Origin: an uncultured Syntrophales bacterium
GTDB lineage: Bacteria > Desulfobacterota > Syntrophia > Syntrophales > JADFWA01
DNA length: 64,000 nt
Assembly: GCA_964652795.1 (NCBI GenBank)
Contig: CAZZBF010000003.1
Span: 16,017-80,016 of the forward strand
Direction of reading: 5' to 3'
Part shown: in pieces, positions 59,871-64,000 of the stretch
How the letters are laid out: every line of letters starts with the position of its first letter
Numbering within the stretch: position 1 is the first letter of the stretch
Translations under genes and position numbers: made by a program
The notes under the pieces: model-generated
Database searches by the model: none
The model's input: the letters and a program-made list of their open reading frames with translations, nothing else
What the model was told of the DNA's origin: nothing

Positions 59871-61245
59871 AATTGCTATTTCCCAAAGCTGTTATTCTAT
59901 AGGGAGAAAACATCTTTTCTATCAGTTCTATCCCCAGTTCATCTTCCAGAAACCTTCTCATATCTTTTTGACCGGCCGAAACAAACTCGTCGATTAACTC
60001 TGTCGCCTTTTCATAACCGATAACAGGTAAAAGCGCCGTAATGATCATAGGACTTTTGTCAAAATATTCCTTGCACTTTTCTTCATCAGCTCTTATTTGA
60101 TTCACATGTTCCGATAGAAGGTCATTTATGTTGACAAGTATATCCAGAGATTCCAGGATTGCGTGAGCGAGAAGAGGTAGAAATTCGTTTATCTGCAGTG
60201 TTCCCCTGCTTACTACCTCAGTCACTATGAAATCATTCGCGATTACCTTCATTCCCGCCTGCATTGCCGACTCCAGCATCACGGGGTTGACCTTGCCGGG
60301 CATGATGGATGAGCCCGCCTGAAGCTCAGGAAGTTTTATCTCACCCAAAAGATTCAGCAACCTCAAGTCATTGCATATCTTTATTATATTCGCAGCATGT
60401 GCCTTCAGGATACCGGAAACCTCAACGAAGGGATCGGCATTGGCTGTTTCTCCCATTATGTTTTCTCCCCTGGAGAGACCAAGCCCGGTGATATCACGCA
60501 GTTTCTCTATGACCAGAAAGATATAGTCCCGAGGAGAGGTAAGCCCGGTTCCTACTGCTGTTCCTCCGAGGTTTACGACTCGCAGTCGTTCCTCACATTT
60601 AAATGTCCTCCATCTGTCTCTTGAAATAGCCTCGGCAAATGCTGAAAATTCGGCACCAAGGGTGATGGGAACAGCCTCCTGCAGTTCCGTCCTTCCGATC
60701 TTAACCATTTTCCCGAATTCTTTCTCCTTTTTCTGGAAGGCGCCCTGCAGATGGGCAATCGTTTGACTGAGAACTCTCAAAGAGTATATACAGGCGATTT
60801 TTATCGCGGTAGGGTACGTATCGTTCGTTGACTGATGGAGGTTTACGTCTTCGAGGGGATGAACGAGAGAATAAATTCCTTTTTCTCCTCCCAGAATTTC
60901 TATTGCCCTGTTGGCGACAACCTCATTTACATTCATGTTTGTCGACGTGCCCGCTCCGCCCTGGAGGGCATCGATAGGAAATTGTTTTAGGAGCTTGCCG
61001 TCGATAATTTCGTTACAGGCGGTGATTATCGCCTTTGCCTTTTTCCCATGCAGGTATTCCAACTCGGAGTTGGCCATGCAGCAGGCCTTTTTCACCATCG
61101 CCACAGCCTTAATCAGGGATGGATTCACCGTATGACCGCTAATCTGGAAATTACAAAGAGCTCTTTGTGTGTGTATGCCCCAGTAAACATCACAGGGGAT
61201 CTTTATCTTTCCGAGAAAGTCATGTTCTAGGCGCAGGTCATCCAT
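59845..61245 (-). CDS. aspartate ammonia-lyase / fumarase-family lyase
   Basis: ATG 61245 gives MDDLRLEHDFLGKIKIPCDVYWGIHTQRAL and forms an ATGGATGA overlap with the upstream gene. It has the signature GSSIMPGKVNP. The track start is 61284. Confidence 0.88.
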   Translation of the reverse strand: MDDLRLEHDFLGKIKIPCDVYWGIHTQRALCNFQISGHTVNPSLIKAVAMVKKACCMANSELEYLHGKKAKAIITACNEIIDGKLLKQFPIDALQGGAGTSTNMNVNEVVANRAIEILGGEKGIYSLVHPLEDVNLHQSTNDTYPTAIKIACIYSLRVLSQTIAHLQGAFQKKEKEFGKMVKIGRTELQEAVPITLGAEFSAFAEAISRDRWRTFKCEERLRVVNLGGTAVGTGLTSPRDYIFLVIEKLRDITGLGLSRGENIMGETANADPFVEVSGILKAHAANIIKICNDLRLLNLLGEIKLPELQAGSSIMPGKVNPVMLESAMQAGMKVIANDFIVTEVVSRGTLQINEFLPLLAHAILESLDILVNINDLLSEHVNQIRADEEKCKEYFDKSPMIITALLPVIGYEKATELIDEFVSAGQKDMRRFLEDELGIELIEKMFSPYRITALGNSNYERNAKGR

Positions 61246-61495
61246 TTTCTTTTGCCATCGTTGATTTGACTGTAACCCCTTCAATCATACCGAGCTTTCC
61301 TGTCATTGCTCCTATATCACTTACGGTACCGTCCACAATGAGTGCGATTACACTAACCTCTCTTTCGGCGTATGGAATGCCCATCCTTCCAACAATAATG
61401 TCTCCATATTGGGTGAGTAACTCATTTACCTTCGGGGCGCGATCCTTCCTATTATGAATAATAATTCCGACAATACCTACTCTCCTTTTTTCCAT
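61238..61495 (-). CDS. TM1266-like small protein (putative [FeFe]-hydrogenase system regulator family)
   Basis: 85 aa: MEKRRVGIVGIIIHNRKDRAPKVNELLTQYGDIIVGRMGIPY...VIALIVDGT. It is the ACT/NikR-C-like family I recall as always linked to hydEFG. Confidence 0.7.
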   Translation of the reverse strand: MEKRRVGIVGIIIHNRKDRAPKVNELLTQYGDIIVGRMGIPYAEREVSVIALIVDGTVSDIGAMTGKLGMIEGVTVKSTMAKENG

Positions 61496-61506
61496 TCTTC
61501 CCTCCG

Positions 61507-61541
61507 ATAAAAAACCCAGCTTGTACTGAACGGGCTGGGTT
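61507..61541 (-). terminator. rho-independent terminator after hydB
   Basis: The minus strand reads AACCCAGC-CCGUUCAGUACAA-GCUGGGUU followed by UUUUUAU. This separates hydAB from the maturation operon. Confidence 0.8.
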
Positions 61542-61613
61542 TTCTATTGTTTCTTCCCGCCCTTGGGTTCAGAAGCATCCCTTGCCTCAGGCTGCTATAC
61601 AAATTAAAATATT

Positions 61614-61943
61614 TTACACTTTGAGTTTGAGACCGCTTTCCTTAAGCCTTTTCACCCTGCTGGAACGGTCAATGTAATGGGTGTGCAGGAGCCGGTGCGA
61701 CATATGAGAACAAGGTTCATGAAGAAAATCCTTGTAAATCTTGTGAACCGCCGGGCTGTCCTGGGACTTCCTGAATTTCATTTTTGTGTCATGTGCATAG
61801 ACGGATTTCTGCCTTTCAGTAAGATAGTCTTTTACTGCCGCATAAGTAAATTTAGCGAAGTTCCAACTATACAATACGGCCCCAACAGTAATTCCGGAAA
61901 CTTTGACAAATTGACGTCTCGTCATTTTAGCAATATCTTTCAT
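61614..61943 (-). CDS. hydB: periplasmic [FeFe]-hydrogenase small subunit with Tat signal
   Basis: 109 aa with MTRRQFVKVSGITVGAVL (twin-arginine signal), then AAVKDYLTERQKSVYAHD...HMSHRLLHTHYIDRS. It closely parallels Desulfovibrio HydB. Confidence 0.9.
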   Translation of the reverse strand: MKDIAKMTRRQFVKVSGITVGAVLYSWNFAKFTYAAVKDYLTERQKSVYAHDTKMKFRKSQDSPAVHKIYKDFLHEPCSHMSHRLLHTHYIDRSSRVKRLKESGLKLKV

Positions 61944-61956
61944 GTCATTCCTCCTG

Positions 61957-63210
61957 TTAAGCCACTCTTCTTATGTTAAATCTTCTGTTCATCGTGGCAA
62001 TCATTGTTCTAAACAAAGAGGCCTCGCGCGCGTCGGGGAAAAGAGGCTGCCCGCCGCCATTGATACAACCGCCAGTACATGCCATAACCTCTATAAAGTG
62101 GTATTTACACTTTCCTTTTTTGATATCCTCAAGAATCGGTACCGTGTTTTTGAGACCGCTCACCACACAGACCCTCAACTCACCGAATTTAGGAATCTTT
62201 ATTTTGGCAGCTTTGACACCTTTATGAGTTCGAACAGATTTAATGTCAGGATTTTTCAGTTTTTTACCGGATACGACCTCATAGGCAAGACGAAGGGCCG
62301 CTTCCATAACACCGCCGCTGTTGCTGAAGATGGTACTGGCACCTGTGGATTCTCCCAGTTCAAAATCCGGTTTCTCATCGGGAAGGCTTTTGAAATCGAT
62401 ACCGGCCTTCTTGATCATATAGGCAAGCTCCCGGGTTGTGATCGTGGCATCAATATCTCTGAAGCCACTGTCGGCCATCTCAGGCCTCAGCCCCTCATAC
62501 TTTTTGGCCACGCAAGGCATAATGGAGACTGTATACATCTTCTTAGCGGGTGTTTCTGACACCTCGGCGCCATAGGTCTTTGACAGGGGTCCCAGCATAG
62601 CGATGGGCGACTTGCATGTTGACACATGGGGGGACAGTTCGGGATAAAACGTCTCCACAAATTTGATCCATCCCGGGCAACAGGAGGTAAACTGCGGAAG
62701 CGGTTTCTTTACTTTGCCGGTAAGTCTGCCGACAAGCTCGGTTCCTTCTTCCATAATGGTAACATCGGCAGTCATCTGATTGTCCCAGATGCGATCGAAA
62801 CCAAGCTTTCGAAGCGCCGCAAAGAGTTTCCCCCCCACATAAGTTCCTGTGGGATAGCCGAACGGCTCACCAAGACCGTAACGAACAGCAGGCGCGGGCA
62901 TGGAGACAACGACCTTGTTAGGGTCTTTCAGGGCGTGAAAAACCTCGTCCACAAACGAAACACCTTCATAAATTGCCCCGTATGGACAATTGATGAGACA
63001 CTGAGCGCAGTTCATGCATGCCGCGGGGTCGACCACCGTTCGGGGTCCGTCCTTTCCATCCCTCGGCTGAATTGCACCTGTCGCGCAGTGAGTTTCACAT
63101 ACACCGCATTGTTGGCACTTGTTCTCGTCCACCTGAACAAAAAACGCGTTATCGTAGTCTTTTGTATCAGGCGCATTGCTTAATTCTAGAACGTTTTCAA
63201 TTTGTTTCAT
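61957..63210 (-). CDS. hydA: periplasmic [FeFe]-hydrogenase large subunit
   Basis: 417 aa with two ferredoxin motifs (CQQCGVCETHC, CMNCAQCLINCP) and the H-cluster motifs TSCCPGW, MPCVAKKYE and EVMACTGGCINGGGQP. Confidence 0.95.
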   Translation of the reverse strand: MKQIENVLELSNAPDTKDYDNAFFVQVDENKCQQCGVCETHCATGAIQPRDGKDGPRTVVDPAACMNCAQCLINCPYGAIYEGVSFVDEVFHALKDPNKVVVSMPAPAVRYGLGEPFGYPTGTYVGGKLFAALRKLGFDRIWDNQMTADVTIMEEGTELVGRLTGKVKKPLPQFTSCCPGWIKFVETFYPELSPHVSTCKSPIAMLGPLSKTYGAEVSETPAKKMYTVSIMPCVAKKYEGLRPEMADSGFRDIDATITTRELAYMIKKAGIDFKSLPDEKPDFELGESTGASTIFSNSGGVMEAALRLAYEVVSGKKLKNPDIKSVRTHKGVKAAKIKIPKFGELRVCVVSGLKNTVPILEDIKKGKCKYHFIEVMACTGGCINGGGQPLFPDAREASLFRTMIATMNRRFNIRRVA

Positions 63211-63433
63211 AATTTCCTCCTCTCTTTATTTTTTACGCAAATCTTTAACTTTTACCAGTCTTCCAACTTTATTAGATGGAAGGAAAATGCTATGCTATTT
63301 TTAGCTTATGTCTTTTGTGACATAGCCTATACCTGAGTCTTGCCCTTCTGTCAATACTTTTTAGGAAAATTTTTCTTAAAATTATCGTGGGCTGATCACG
63401 AATTCTTATCAAAACATGATAATCACCTCCCCT

Positions 63434-63481
63434 TTTCTCGTTCATTAATTCTTTAATCCGCAGGCCATGGTCTTTGCTCAT
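63434..63481 (-). pseudogene. 48-nt 5' stub of an HgdA-like gene
   Basis: MSKDHGLRIKELMNEK matches MSEVHGLRIKELMNEK (residues 52-67 of ORF 47980..49257) and is preceded by the duplicated leader. Beyond codon 16 the track ORF 63290..63481 shows no similarity. Confidence 0.75.
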
Positions 63482-63855
63482 CCTGTCTCCTTGAATAATT
63501 TTTTGTTTATAAGCTCCCTTATATCCTACCGCCTGTGGGTAAATTCAGCAGTATGGTTCGGTTCTGGCGCGGGATTTCATATTTCATGTTGAAGTGTCTA
63601 TCAAAGCAGTTGAAGACAATTCTGTTGATTCTTCAGCTTACTGTAATGGTCTTGAACCGCTCTCTTCTTTTGATATCGAAGACAGTCTCACAAAGAAGTA
63701 TATGATGAGCCGGACTGGAAAGATTTGAAAATTGGCGATTAGAAATGAAGGAAAGAAATTTGAGTTTCCAGTTTGGCCCTGTGCCTACCGAACCCGGGCA
63801 GAATTTCGATCGCAGCTCAGGTAAAGCCGAAAAATTTATACATGGCCAAACTCCT
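63482..63855 (-). repeat. duplicated ~370-bp 5' region, copy 2
   Basis: It aligns with 49258..49626, for example AGAAATTTGAGTTTCCAGTTTGGCCCTGT(A/G)CCTACCGAACCC and CAGGTAAAGCCGAAAAATTTATACATG. Confidence 0.85.
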
Positions 63856-63919
63856 TATGGAAGGGTTTTTGCAGCACCCTTGCGGGGTGATTATTCCGTT
63901 TATATCAGATAGTCACTTT

Positions 63920-64000
63920 TTATATATTGACTACCTTGCCGGCAGTTAAGAGAGCATCAACCATTTCATACATATTGGTTATTTTGCCGATCCTCAGTTT
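63920..64000 (-). CDS. 3' end of an unidentified gene (partial)
   Basis: Open minus-strand frame entering from the window edge: ...KLRIGKITNMYEMVDALLTAGKVVNI*, with TAA at 63920..63922. It is too short to assign. Confidence 0.3.
   Translation of the reverse strand, partial: KLRIGKITNMYEMVDALLTAGKVVNI

Overview
This is a 64-kb chromosomal segment, AT-rich by eye. Its gene content points to an anaerobic Desulfobacterota-type (deltaproteobacterial) genome: a Tat-exported periplasmic [FeFe]-hydrogenase HydAB very like the Desulfovibrio enzyme, multihaem cytochromes, an atpFF'HAGDC operon without a/c subunits, and selenocysteine usage. About two thirds is core housekeeping: ATP synthase, tpiA-secG-tRNA-Leu, gltX plus tRNA-Glu, yceD-rpmF-fabD, rpiB-glyA, nrdR-ribE-ribBA-ribH-nusB, trkAH, leuS-lptE, rpsT and selD. 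The accessory parts are (a) a haem-c sensor kinase and sigma-54 regulator next to a rhodanese, cytochrome b and multihaem cytochrome c module; (b) a 10-kb same-strand array joining two Cys-rich HgdAB/double-cubane-like proteins, a TauABC-like importer, TauE, a CmuA-like methyltransferase-corrinoid fusion, a MetH-activation-domain protein and an HgdC-type activase; (c) a marR-RND-LolA-like-OMP export cluster; (d) a full [FeFe]-hydrogenase structural and maturation locus. The main leads are as follows. First, an in-frame TGA with a selD-like SECIS geometry would make the multihaem cytochrome a 13-haem selenoprotein. Second, array (b) matches no pathway I know. Third, a ~370-bp 5' region of array (b), plus a 48-nt stub of its first gene, is duplicated directly upstream of hydAB. 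Fourth, a short REP-like repeat family is scattered through intergenic regions. All calls come from reading the translations and sequence by eye; no database searches were run.
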